Source of the DNA: Lama guanicoe
Taxonomy: Eukaryota
DNA: 64,000 nt
Reading direction: 5' to 3'
NCBI GenBank assembly: GCA_013239625.1
Contig: MU053513.1
Span: 3,764,303 to 3,828,302 of the forward strand
Of this stretch, positions 41,801-51,700 are shown piece after piece; position 1 is the first letter of the stretch, and each line of letters begins with the position of its first letter. The notes beneath the pieces are model-generated. The model made no database searches, was not told where the DNA came from, and saw only the letters and a program-made list of their open reading frames with translations. Position numbers and translations under genes: made by a program.

Positions 41801-44800
41801 TTCAGTTTGTTTTGGTTTTTTTTTTGTTTGGTGGGGAGGGGCTTCAAAAATCATAAATTCATTGTCATGTCTACCTGGAGCTGATCTGCTGTAAAGCTGG
41901 TCCGAGCTCTTTTTGCTGGTTTTGGATGATTAACATCTTGCTCTGTGAGGAGGGCGCCTTCAACACTAATCCCATTACCTGCATTTAAAAAGAAACACAC
42001 CATACATGTTTCTAACTCAAATAGGTTCATCAGTCATACAGTATAATAGGTTTCTTGCATCTCCTGGTTTGGTATGAAACTGTATTCATCTTCTAGGTTG
42101 CCAAATCCCTAAAGTTTTAAAACACACTAGAAATATACTGTGGAAACGATATTTCATTTGTAGGCTTGTATATCTAGTCAAAAGTGCAAAAAGTTGGATG
42201 TGCACGTCTACGGCTCATCCTTACAAAGGCAAATACATGGAAACTACTGGTTACAAAAAGCAAAACAGAACACTGCACTCAAGGCTGCTTTCTGAGAATA
42301 TGGCACAAAGCTAACACACATGTCGTGGCTTCTCTTGTAAATAAACAGATGGAGACCATCACTAACAGTAGAGGGCTTAATGAGTTTCACCACAATTACA
42401 CTGCACAAAATAATGCATTAAGATGACCTTAGGAAAAATCGTTTTTATCCCTGTATTCACTGTCCCAAAAGACTCAAAAGTATTTTAAGTATATATTTAC
42501 CATTTTCCACTTCTCTTTTTAAATTATCCAGCATGCAGTCATAATGTACTCTGCAGAGAACTTTCTCTTCCACCAAAGCAAACTCCTCTCCCGTGGAAAG
42601 TTGCCTTTTGCAAGAAAAGCAGGCAAAGCACGCCAAGTGATAGACATTCCCCTTGGCCCTCCGGACCCAGTCAGTAGAATGGATGTGCCTCCCACAACGA
42701 GAGCAGCGAGTTCCATACCTTCTACATAAATAGAAGGGCAGGAGGTGAAGATTTTAATGCTTGGTGAGATATTCATCACTCCAAGATGAAACTAACACAT
42801 TAGACCCACTGGATTAACCCAAGTATTTAAATCTTTTGAAAATGAAGCAGGAATCAATTACTTTTTAAAAGTCAATATGGTAAGCAATCAAGACTTGAGA
42901 GAGAGTCATAATTCAAACCTGTTTATAAAACCAAAACTTCTCATTGTTACTCTAACTAAAGGCAGATAGCATTTTCTCTTTTAAAAATAAATGAAATACG
43001 AGTTTCCATATCCTTCTGGTATCAAATATCAATGCATTTATAAATTACCTAGAGACTCAAGATAACAAACACACACACACACTCCAGGTTGAAACCTGAA
43101 AGTGCAAAAGCAAACCACTGAAGATATAAACAGTGGCATCTTAAAACCAAGTTGAGATACTTAGAAAATGCTTTAAATACCTTTTAATTGAAACATTCAA
43201 AATTGATATTATCAAAGAACGACTAGACAGAAATTGTTCACCCTAGGGTGAGGAAGGAAAACTCAGCAATGTTTCCTTTGGTGAGCAAGCTATTACATTA
43301 CCATCTACAGGAGGAGGGGAAATATTATCTAAAACTTTTACAGACATATCTGGACATTAAATGCAAGTTAATCTTAACGAAATTCTGGATATAAAGGTTT
43401 CTTTCTTCTCTCAGTCCCAGTGACTGGACCCTCTCTGCATGTCCCTGCCACCATCGCAGTCACACCCTGGCATTTCCACGTCACACTAGCTACGTATATG
43501 CGTCTGGGTCTGATCATTAATATATCTTTAGTGGTATCGCCAACTGAATCCTAAAAGTAAATTTCAGAATAAAATATGAAGTATAAAAAAATCCTGAAGA
43601 ACTAGACTTTCAGTAAGTCTCAGAAACCAAACCTTTCAAAGGGGTTTAAAGCACCCTTAAATAAATTAAGATTAGCATATCCTAAAAAGAGGAGGCAAAT
43701 TGCTATGATTTTTGAGGAAATGGAGAGAAACCTGATGAGAAATATGTTTTTGGTAATTATAAAATTCTGCAACTTTATAAAATAAAGGACTCTCGGTTTC
43801 ATGAAGCGCTTTAAATTACCTAGCAATTTTATTGAAATCAATCACTAAACTCTCTGAAATCAGTTTTTAAAATTGAGTATAAACTACATAATTAGTATAA
43901 CAAACTTCATTATATAGTATTAACTCCCTATTTCACAATGAACATTCTTCATCATTTGGAAGTACAATTTTTAAAATATGATAATTTTAAAAAGTCATAC
44001 TTAGGGATGATTTCAAATTCTAGACAGCTATCCACTAATAATTGACTTCCAATCCTAGAAGAAACTTTACATTTAAACTATTATAAAGAGACCATGCAGA
44101 GAAAAGGTTACATTTAATATCCTAGGCAAATATAATCCCACAAAACAAAGACCAAAGAATAGACAAAAGAAACAGGACTTTTAGGCAGAATATGTAATTA
44201 GACTTATTTTATTTCCAGTGCTGGAACAGTCAGTTCTTCTGAATGTCTTATCATATTCTCCAAACTGCTGGCATTTTATAGATACATTACTAGGAGTTAT
44301 TCTACAGTAAACTGTTAAAACCTTAACAAAACCTTAAATTTTTTCTTCTATAATTACTTCATTTTGTCTTACTACTTTTCCCAAAGGGCTTTGTCACAAT
44401 AATTCATTTTATATTTCATACTTTATACCTATGCACAGCCAAGAAGATTCACTGTTTTTAAAACCTAAAACTTTCATTAGCCAAAGTGGAAATACTTATT
44501 TAAAATTAATTTTGGTATATTTAGCCCCTGAAACATATAAACATACTAATTTTATTGTTTTAATACAAAGTATACCTCAAAATATGAAGCATTCTCATTT
44601 TGAAATCTGTTACATAAGAAAAAGTGAGCTTCAGCAAGTGAAACAGGACAAGAGGGCCTATTTACAAAATTCTTTTCTCATAATAATTTCTTGGAGTATA
44701 TACTTATTAAAAAAAAAAAGCTTCACAGTGTACCTGAAATAATCAAGTTTGCAGAAAATGTCCTTGTCTTTAATATAACAGCTGGTATGCCTTCCTAAGG

Positions 44801-47800
44801 AGGTTCTGCAGACACTGCAGGAGAGACATCGGACGTGCCAGCACAGGTCATTCACCTGTGAAGGAAAAAGGGGCAGAATGAGGAGTCATTCTACCACCAC
44901 ACTCAGGAATATCCTTCATTGGTTTTATGCATCAGGCAATTTTAAAAGCTGGTTCCTTAATATTTTAACATATGTTCTGAATAAAAGCTTCCATCTAAAA
45001 GGTATCATTTATGCAAATATACATTAGATATATAGTCTTTTAGACCCCAACCAGAACATCACAATAGCACAGTCTACATTTTGTATTACCTCTGAAAAAT
45101 TTAGTTTTTTTTTTAAATCAAACTTCTATAAACACAGGAAAAAATTTGGTCACTTTAAAGTTCTACATACTGGTATTTCATTTTTAATTTGACCAAATTC
45201 TTCCCACCATGAAATATGGTAGCTAAAGAAATCAAGCCACATACCTTCTCTATCTAAATTTTTGGCCAAATAATTATAAACTGTGCACTAGTTAAAGTGA
45301 GAAGGAAAATGAAAAAGCTTTGTAAGATAAATATTTACCATTGTAAAGAAGCCAGGCAATCCATTTCGCTTACAAAATAGAAATTGCTAAGGTAGACTTA
45401 AATGTTGATATAGCAGAAGCCCTGGCTCCCTTATAACATTAAATAACAGCATTAAAACATGGAATATTGGTAACCCTACTTTAATGACTTGGTTCCTGGA
45501 GGGAAAAAAATCTATTATAAGTGATTCTAAAAATGCACCCAGGTATTGTTTGCCATTTATACTTCAAGGAGTAAGACATAAACCAGCACTTTATATTCTA
45601 AGCAGGGGCATGAAATACTCTCAATTCAAGGAACAAATCATAATTACCCTCACCTTAAACAGTTGTCATCACACTACAAGCACCACAACTTTAGCCTTCA
45701 AGAATGAAGATGTGTACTGAATTGAATCTGCCTGTAATGCAGGCTCCTAAAGTTTGCTCTTGTTAAATGGAACTGAGAACCAGATTAATGCTTACTTAAA
45801 CCTCATGTATAAGAACGGCAATGAGGCAAAAACACCAGTTATGCTCTACAAATCAATCCAATGCCTAAAATAGAAATTAGGACATTGGAAAACTGGGAAA
45901 TTGTGAAATACAGCTTTGGTTCCACTATTTCATAATAAAGATGATCTGTCCAATGATTCTATCATATTAGCACTACTGTTCAACATGTTTTTCTGAGCTA
46001 TGAAATATAAAACGTACTTCAAAGCTAAAAAAGAAAGTTTCACTGGCTTCTAATTACAGTTATATGCCTCTCTGCAAAGCACTAATGAGAGTAATATTTT
46101 AGTGAAATTTTAAATTGCTATAAAAGAACTACATGTTCACGTAGGAGAAAGCAGGGGAAATAGTAAAGAAACAATAGGAAAAACTGAGGAAATCAGAATT
46201 AAAGGAATGAATAATAGTGAAAGCTATCCTTGAAGATGCATTTTCTTTCTATTTTTCCCTAAGATGGGCCCCATTAAGTGGAAGTTTAGAAGTACAAGGA
46301 GCTTCCTTTAGTATTCCCTGTTTAAGACCCTCTGTATTTAGCTCTTACCCACACTCTTTTTTTTTTTTTTTAAGCAAGGATAGACTCGGGCTTCATGGCC
46401 GTTCTCTAGCTCCCTAAAGCCAGGTGTAATGCCTGGTTTGCCACCTTTCCTCAAAGTTTACTTAAAAAAAAAAATTCCTTCATATTCCACTTCTTCTCCA
46501 GAGAGGAAAGTAAGGTGAACAGAAAAAACTGTGAAGATAACAAACCTTCCATGATGGCTGGTATTGATCCAATCTGTGTATGTATACATATATAGGACCA
46601 AGCCAGAAAAAAATCACTCAAAATGACTAGAGCACTGAAGTACTGGATGGGGCAATAGATGGATCTTACTATACATAAAATAGATGACAAGTTCATACTA
46701 CATAGCACAGGGAACTATATTCAATACCTTGTAATAACCTATAATGAAAATGAATATATGTGTATATGTATATGTATGACTGATTATGTTGTACACCAGA
46801 AATTGACACAACACTGTAAACTGACTATACCTCAATTTAAAAAAAAAGTTAAAAAAAATAGATGGATCTAACTCCTCTCATAGTTTTTTGTTTTAACTCC
46901 ATTTTACTTGTCTCATGATATGGTGTTATTCTATATTAAATAGTTACACCCTGAAATATTCTACTAGATCTAACAGTTATTTTTTAAATCAATGACTCAA
47001 ATTGAGTTCAAATTTATCTGGAGGAATAAACACTCAAAATGGGGGGAGAGTTAAGAACTCAAGAGTTTTTATATAATCACAAAATGTCAAACTTTTATTA
47101 GAGCTAGTTTTCTACATAATAAGAATTAGCTTTCTTGTACATGTATTAAAATTTATAAGCAAGGGTAGACTAAGATTGTACATAGAAGACTTCACTGAGA
47201 GGACTTCAGTCTTGTTACAAAGGAAAGCTTTATATAACTCATTTAGATAAATTATTATATACAATATATAAACATATTTTAAACATATAAAGATGAACAC
47301 TAGAAACTATTTTTTCTATTTCAGAGGATATGTTAAAAGTCACTTTATAGTAACTTTTTCCTTTATCCTCTCTGCTATGAAGTGTTAAACACCTTACAGA
47401 TCCATTCAGAAACATTCTTAAAGATTATGTTAATTATTGAGAAGGCTCACTGAAAATAAGAAACTAGTTTTGGATACAAAAGATGGTTTTGAAATATACC
47501 CCAAAAAGGCGCAGGTCTAGAAACAATGAAATGGGAATCTTAAGAATGCAGAATTAAAGAGAAAGCCATGTTAACTTGCCAGCTTTAAGCATCAACCACC
47601 AATTAAGGAACTTAGTCACTTTTTAAATGTTTTCACCAAAACTTCTTTTGGGGCTTTATCTAGGTTGTATCTACGGGGTATCATTCCAACTTCACAGGTG
47701 AAATAGTTTCGTATGTTGAGGTAGAAATTTAAAGAAACTCACTAACTTGCTTTTTGAACTCATATTCTTCATAATGAATTCTTTTGAAAACCTGGGAGGG

Positions 47801-50800
47801 GTGTGGAGGGAGGGATAGAAAGTGAACTGGTTTGCTACTAATTCAGTGTAGGAGAGATCATTATTTTAAATAGTGGTTTTAAAAAGCTATTGAAGTTGCA
47901 AACCCACGGTATTAGGATTAAGACACATGCCACTATGATCATGCAATGACATGGATAACTGGCCTGCCAGACTTTGTACTCCAAAACTCCCCCACAATAT
48001 CTTGAGAAGTAAAACAAATTAAGACAGACAATCAACTCTCAAATCACTACTTGAAGTACTTCATCCCAGGCATTTTTTTCTTTCTTTTTTTGTCTAAATT
48101 TACATCAATTTCCATTTTTTTCCCTAAGCACGGAATAAGACATAAAAGAAAAATCATTGGGTGATCTTGAAGTAGAAAACCTTAATAAGATTCTGAAAAT
48201 GGTTTTTATTTAGATGCTACTAGGAACTTTAACTTTGGAAAAGCCTCAGGTTACTGTAAATAAACATAAGATTATGTGGAAAATATTTGTCTAGAAAATA
48301 CCCTTTAAGGCACGTTACAGTGGTTCTCACCAAAGGAAACAATGCAAAGGGGAAATCAGTCAACATATACAGACCTGGAACCCTCATAAGCAGGCAGATG
48401 TGTGGGTGCTATTGGGGGTTGGGGACCATAACCCGCTAGGTGAAAATAATCAGGCAGGACCCTGTTTCCAGAATGGGTACGTTTCCCCACTTCAGTTCCT
48501 CTACAAGTAGATGGCAGGTTCCAGTTCATCCACCCGGGGTATCCGCACTTCTAGACCAGGATGTGTCTCACACAAGCTGTTTTGCAACAACACGGGAGAT
48601 ACTAAAGATTTCTTCTCCCAATCTTTCTTACCGCACAAGTTGCCCTCGACGGGTCTGTTGTGATGAGAAAGCCTACCACCTTGAGCGAGAACTTGAGTGG
48701 AAAAGAGGGGGGAAATAAACTTTTCTCTTTTCCCGGAGCTCCCGGGGAACCCCGCTCCCCTTGGGCCTCGCAGCTCCGCCCTACCTTGAGAAGGTACTTG
48801 TCCACGATCTCCAGGCCGCAGCTGTTGCACACACACTTGCCAGGTGGGCAGACGGAGCCCGAGGCCATGGACCGGGGCGAAGACGACGGAGACAGCGGGG
48901 CCGAGGAGGAGCACGAGTCCTCGTCCCCCACTCCCTCGGGGCTCACCTGCAGGAAGCCACGAGGCGCGGACTCAGGCGGTTCTAGACCCCTCCTTCTCTT
49001 CTCATCCCACAGACCCACGGGGGATCCCTCACCGCCTCCCCTCCCTTCCCCCAAACCACCCCCAGTGCCTGAGGTCTCGACTCTCGCCCTCTCCCCCGGG
49101 TACAAGCTCACAACACGCACCCGCCCGGTCTGCCGACCCCTGACCTCAAGTCTGGGGACGCCGCGCAGCTCTGCCCAGCCCGCTGTACCGGCTCAGCTTC
49201 CCACCTCGCCCCGCCTCAGACCCCCCACCTCCACCCGCTCTCCGAGGGGCCATTTGGGTCCGGAAAAGAGCGCAGGGACAGCAGCCCTTCGTCCTGGGCC
49301 TCCTCCCCACGGCCAGTCTCGCCAGCACCCGGGTCCCTACCCACTCACCAGTCCCTCTTCCCCGGCGCCTTTCCGAGTCCTCCCGGCCGCCAGGGCTGCA
49401 GGCCGCCCGCACTCCTCCGACATGAGCCCCAGGCACTGAGCGGGTGAGGGCGGGGAAGTGGGAAGAAACAGAGGCAAGAAGTTCAGAGCCCGCACGTGCG
49501 GCCCAGAGCCTCGGCTCCTCCGCACGCGGGGCGCCTTAATGAAGGCCCCCAGCGCGGCGGGCCGCGCGTGCAGCCGTCTGGGCGTCTGGGTCCCGGCGCG
49601 GCGTGCGAGCGGACGGCGACGCAGCCTCCCTTGAGGTCCACGGGCGGCGGCGGCGCAGCCGTAGCGCGCGGCGAGGCGGCCACGGGAGCACCAAGGGCTC
49701 GCCCCGCGTGCTGCCGCGCTCTCGGGGCTTCGGGTCGCCAGCGCTCACCGGCGCACGTCGGTTCCCCGCCCCCCTACCGGGGATAACAAGTTAATAACAA
49801 TCATCCCGGCACAAAGCATTTTCTTTTAGACGTCAATCACAGCGGAGCGGGGATCACCGGGGTAAAGGGGGTGCATGGGGGTGGGGTGGAGTGGGAGAGA
49901 AGAAAAGAGGATTTGAGGAGAGGGTGGGGGTAGAAACTTGATTTCTTTAATAGCCTCAATTAAAAGAGCAAGACACATATATATTTTTAAAAGGAGGCTT
50001 TTTGAATTGGATAGGCCGAAAGGTGAAGAGGTTTAATAGGATACTTGAAAGCTAATTACAGCGGGATTTAAGAAGCCTGGTGTTTGTTCCGATGACAATT
50101 TGAATGAAAATGCTTCAGATTAAACCGAGCCAGCAGTTCTTTCGTAAACTTACAGCAATTAGAGCTGCGAGTGATTTATACTCGTTTCTTTAAGGTGTAA
50201 ATTGCCACTTATTGCTCAGTAAGTCAACATTTGAGCTACTAAAGGATTATTTTTAACCAGCGCAAAAAGCGGGTCGAATAATGGAAAATATCCAGCTGAA
50301 GTTAATTTATGTCATTAAAAAAAAAAACCTCACCCAACCTCGTTCAAAATGTTTTAAAGCAACAAAGCGCATTTCTCAAGTATTTCCAAGCCTTTACGGG
50401 ATTTTTGCTCTTAAACGAAAACGCAGCGGCTCTGGGCGTTTTCTGCCTTGGTTACGGAAACTCTAGCTTGGGGAGGGGGGCGGGGTCCCGGAACTCCAGC
50501 GGCCCACGCTTCTGCACTTCTGTCTCTTCACCTCCCTCTCTCCCTCCATCCGGCAGCACCAGGCAAGATACTGTCCGAACCTCTAGATCCCCGGGGCTCT
50601 CTACCCTGACCCTCCGGTGCGCTCCCTACGCTGGACCCAGCGCCAACGCACGCAAGCGGCGTCCTCGCGGACACAAAGAGTTTAGGCAGAGGAGCCCCGG
50701 GTTTGCCGTGTGTTCCTCGTCAGCGTCGGCGCAAAGACAAAGTCAGCGGTGCCCAGTGCGGGTCCCGCTGAGGAGCTCAAACAAGCTGCAGATGATTTTC

Positions 50801-51525
50801 AAACCTAAAACGCGACACACCCACGGGTCCTGCCTCCAGAGCGAGGTGAGAGTTTTGTCAATTTCCCCCCATCTACTCAAAGTGACTAGATGTCTCGCGT
50901 GTCTCGCGAACCCCAGGGTTTGTTTCTTTCGGTTTTTTAAGTAAAATGGCCCTCCTAGCCCGCCCTGGTATCTTAGAGGCCTTCCACGAGCCACATCTGC
51001 TTCTGTTTCGCTGTGGGGCCGCGACAGCGCGGATCGCCCTGCGCCTGGAGGAGCTCCTTAGGGCCGGCAAGCGTCCGCCGGCTGCCCGGCGAGAGGAGCA
51101 GCGCCTCTGTTCTGTCCCTCCCCACAGCCCCCTGGACCTCCCGACCGCCAGGATCACCACCGCAAATAGAACAAAAGCACGACTCACATGTACCCGAGAG
51201 CGCCTTAGGCTCGAGGCTTCGTCTCCCAAATTACAGTCTCCATGACTCAGGTTAAGTGAGCTTGTGGGGAGGGGAGGCAATGATTACTGACTAACGCCAC
51301 TACGTAATAAAAAAAAAAAGTGCCAGGTTTGGAGATGAGGCCGTTACAGGTAATTTCTGAACCTCGTTTAGGAGCCCAAACAGCTCGCGTTTCAAGGAAA
51401 CTGCGATTCAGCTGGTCTGGCTAGGCGTCGGTCGGGTCGCTCACCTTCTCAGGGGGATCTGCCAGCTCCGGCACGTCCTTTTCTTCTAGTTTACACACAA
51501 ACATCTGATCGCTTTTCCAATACAT
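26787..51525 (-). CDS. LHX8: LIM/homeobox protein LHX8, 9 coding exons: complement(join(26787..26863,30689..30872,37166..37261,41875..41978,42501..42721,44734..44855,48785..48946,49349..49435,51445..51525)), 377 aa
   Basis: Exon lengths 81+87+162+122+221+104+96+184+77=1134 nt form one open frame with all introns GT-AG. The translation has two LIM domains (CNSC..HVRC..CSVC..CKLD; CSRC..HLAC..CFSC..CRVH) and a homeodomain (AKRARTSFT...[12 protein letters not shown]). It ends [12 protein letters not shown], recognised as LHX8. Counting from the internal MSEEC gives 346 aa. Confidence 0.98.
27400..30316 (+). mobile_element. Old, internally deleted LINE-1 (L1M-type) filling most of LHX8 intron 8
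   Basis: A-rich decayed ORF1/ORF2 remnants (acccacaaaagatccagatgttggagtta; ggaagccagaagacaa; aaagatgtgcaag; cctatttcacatcacatacaaaa) ending in tgtatgtatgttttgcttcaataaaaaaa. Confidence 0.85.
30689..30872 (-). CDS. LHX8: LHX8 coding exon 8 ([12 protein letters not shown]...LHSYMD)
   Basis: Acceptor CCCTCAG|GTG, donor ATG|GTAGGT; 184 nt; contains homeodomain helix 3 (WFQN). Confidence 0.97.
31549..32253. mobile_element. Possible LTR-derived segment in intron 7
   Basis: Bounded by TGTTG...CAACA and contains aaggaagccaattttg. No TSD found and the family was not recognised. Confidence 0.3.
32850..33900 (+). mobile_element. Ancient LINE-1 (L1ME-like) fragment
   Basis: Decayed ORF2 3' motifs (caacaatcccacttctagaaatttatcct; aattccagataaattaaag). 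Confidence 0.7.
34520..34990 (-). mobile_element. CR1/L3 LINE remnant
   Basis: ggaaactcactacccc...agaagattcttc...aggacagcctttcacatatatttaaagaca...cttttctccagataaatatccc is typical of antisense CR1/L3. Confidence 0.6.
35898..36526 (+). mobile_element. 5'-truncated young LINE-1 (ORF2 C-terminus + 3' UTR + A tail) in LHX8 intron 7
   Basis: ORF 35914..36132 ([39 protein letters not shown]) is the L1 ORF2 C-terminus. Target-site duplication aaaaaatcactactttg at 35881-35897 and 36527-36543. Confidence 0.95.
37166..37261 (-). CDS. LHX8: LHX8 coding exon 7 ([32 protein letters not shown]; homeodomain)
   Basis: Acceptor AAACAG|GTT, donor CAG|GTGATT; 96 nt. Confidence 0.97.
40110..40285 (+). repeat. 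MIR SINE (degraded)
   Basis: acctacatcaagggattattgtaagataaaagagacagtgtagagaaaacgctggcaca. Confidence 0.65.
41875..41978 (-). CDS. LHX8: LHX8 coding exon 6 (GNGISVEG...[15 protein letters not shown]; homeodomain start)
   Basis: Acceptor AATGCAG|GTA, donor CAG|GTAGAC; 104 nt; translated by hand. Confidence 0.97.
42501..42721 (-). CDS. LHX8: LHX8 coding exon 5 (RYGTRCSRC...[21 protein letters not shown]2)
   Basis: Translated by hand (this frame is not in the ORF track); acceptor TTATGTAG|AAG, donor ATG|GTAAAT; 221 nt. Confidence 0.97.
44734..44855 (-). CDS. LHX8: LHX8 coding exon 4 ([10 protein letters not shown]...CKLDYFR; LIM1)
   Basis: Acceptor CTTCACAG|GTG, donor CAG|GTACAC; 122 nt. Confidence 0.97.
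46667..46856 (+). mobile_element. Short young LINE-1 3' end in LHX8 intron 3
   Basis: tagcacagggaactatattcaataccttgtaataacc...tgtacaccagaaattgacacaac...A-rich tail; 13-bp TSD aatagatggatct at 46654-46666 and 46857-46869. Confidence 0.9.
48785..48946 (-). CDS. LHX8: LHX8 coding exon 3 (VSPEG...[15 protein letters not shown]; start of LIM1)
   Basis: Acceptor TTCCTGCAG|GTG, donor AAG|GTAGGG; 162 nt; lies within ORF 48602..49120. Confidence 0.97.
49349..49435 (-). CDS. LHX8: LHX8 coding exon 2 ([29 protein letters not shown])
   Basis: Acceptor CCCGCTCAG|TGC, donor CTG|GTGAGT; 87 nt; contains the alternative start codon of MSEEC. Confidence 0.95.
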
Positions 51526-51700
51526 GGCACTGCTACGGCTGCTTATCACATACCAGCTCCAGAGGGTCAGAGGCTGTCCGTGTCTGCCGGTCTGGCCCCC
51601 CTCCCCCGCCCCACGCACTAATAAAAGCTGACACCGAGAAGAGTCAGAATGCTACAAGTAAGTCTTCGTCCGAAGAGGCCGCTGTGGCCGTAACCACTCT
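50450..51700. promoter_or_regulatory. CpG island / proximal LHX8 promoter region
   Basis: CpG-dense; GC box (CCCCGCCCC near 51604-51612) just 5' of the coding exon 1 ATG. Confidence 0.8.
51445..51525 (-). CDS. LHX8: LHX8 coding exon 1 ([27 protein letters not shown])
   Basis: ATG in GTGCC-ATG context; donor AAG|GTGAGC; phase 0 and in frame with exon 2; resembles the mouse Lhx8 N-terminus as I recall it. Confidence 0.85.

Larger units (their letters stand above)
48740..49860. promoter_or_regulatory. CpG island over LHX8 exons 2-3
   Basis: Very GC-rich with dense CpG (e.g. ggcggcggcggcgcagccgtagcgcgcggcg), unlike the CpG-depleted flanks. Confidence 0.9.

Noticed and set aside
48660..49439. 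259-aa plus-strand ORF antisense to exons 2-3
   Set aside because: Pro/Ser/Arg low-complexity sequence, expected from stop-codon scarcity in a CpG island.
50309..51280. 211-aa and neighbouring ORFs in intron 1
   Set aside because: GC-rich artefacts with no recognisable protein family.
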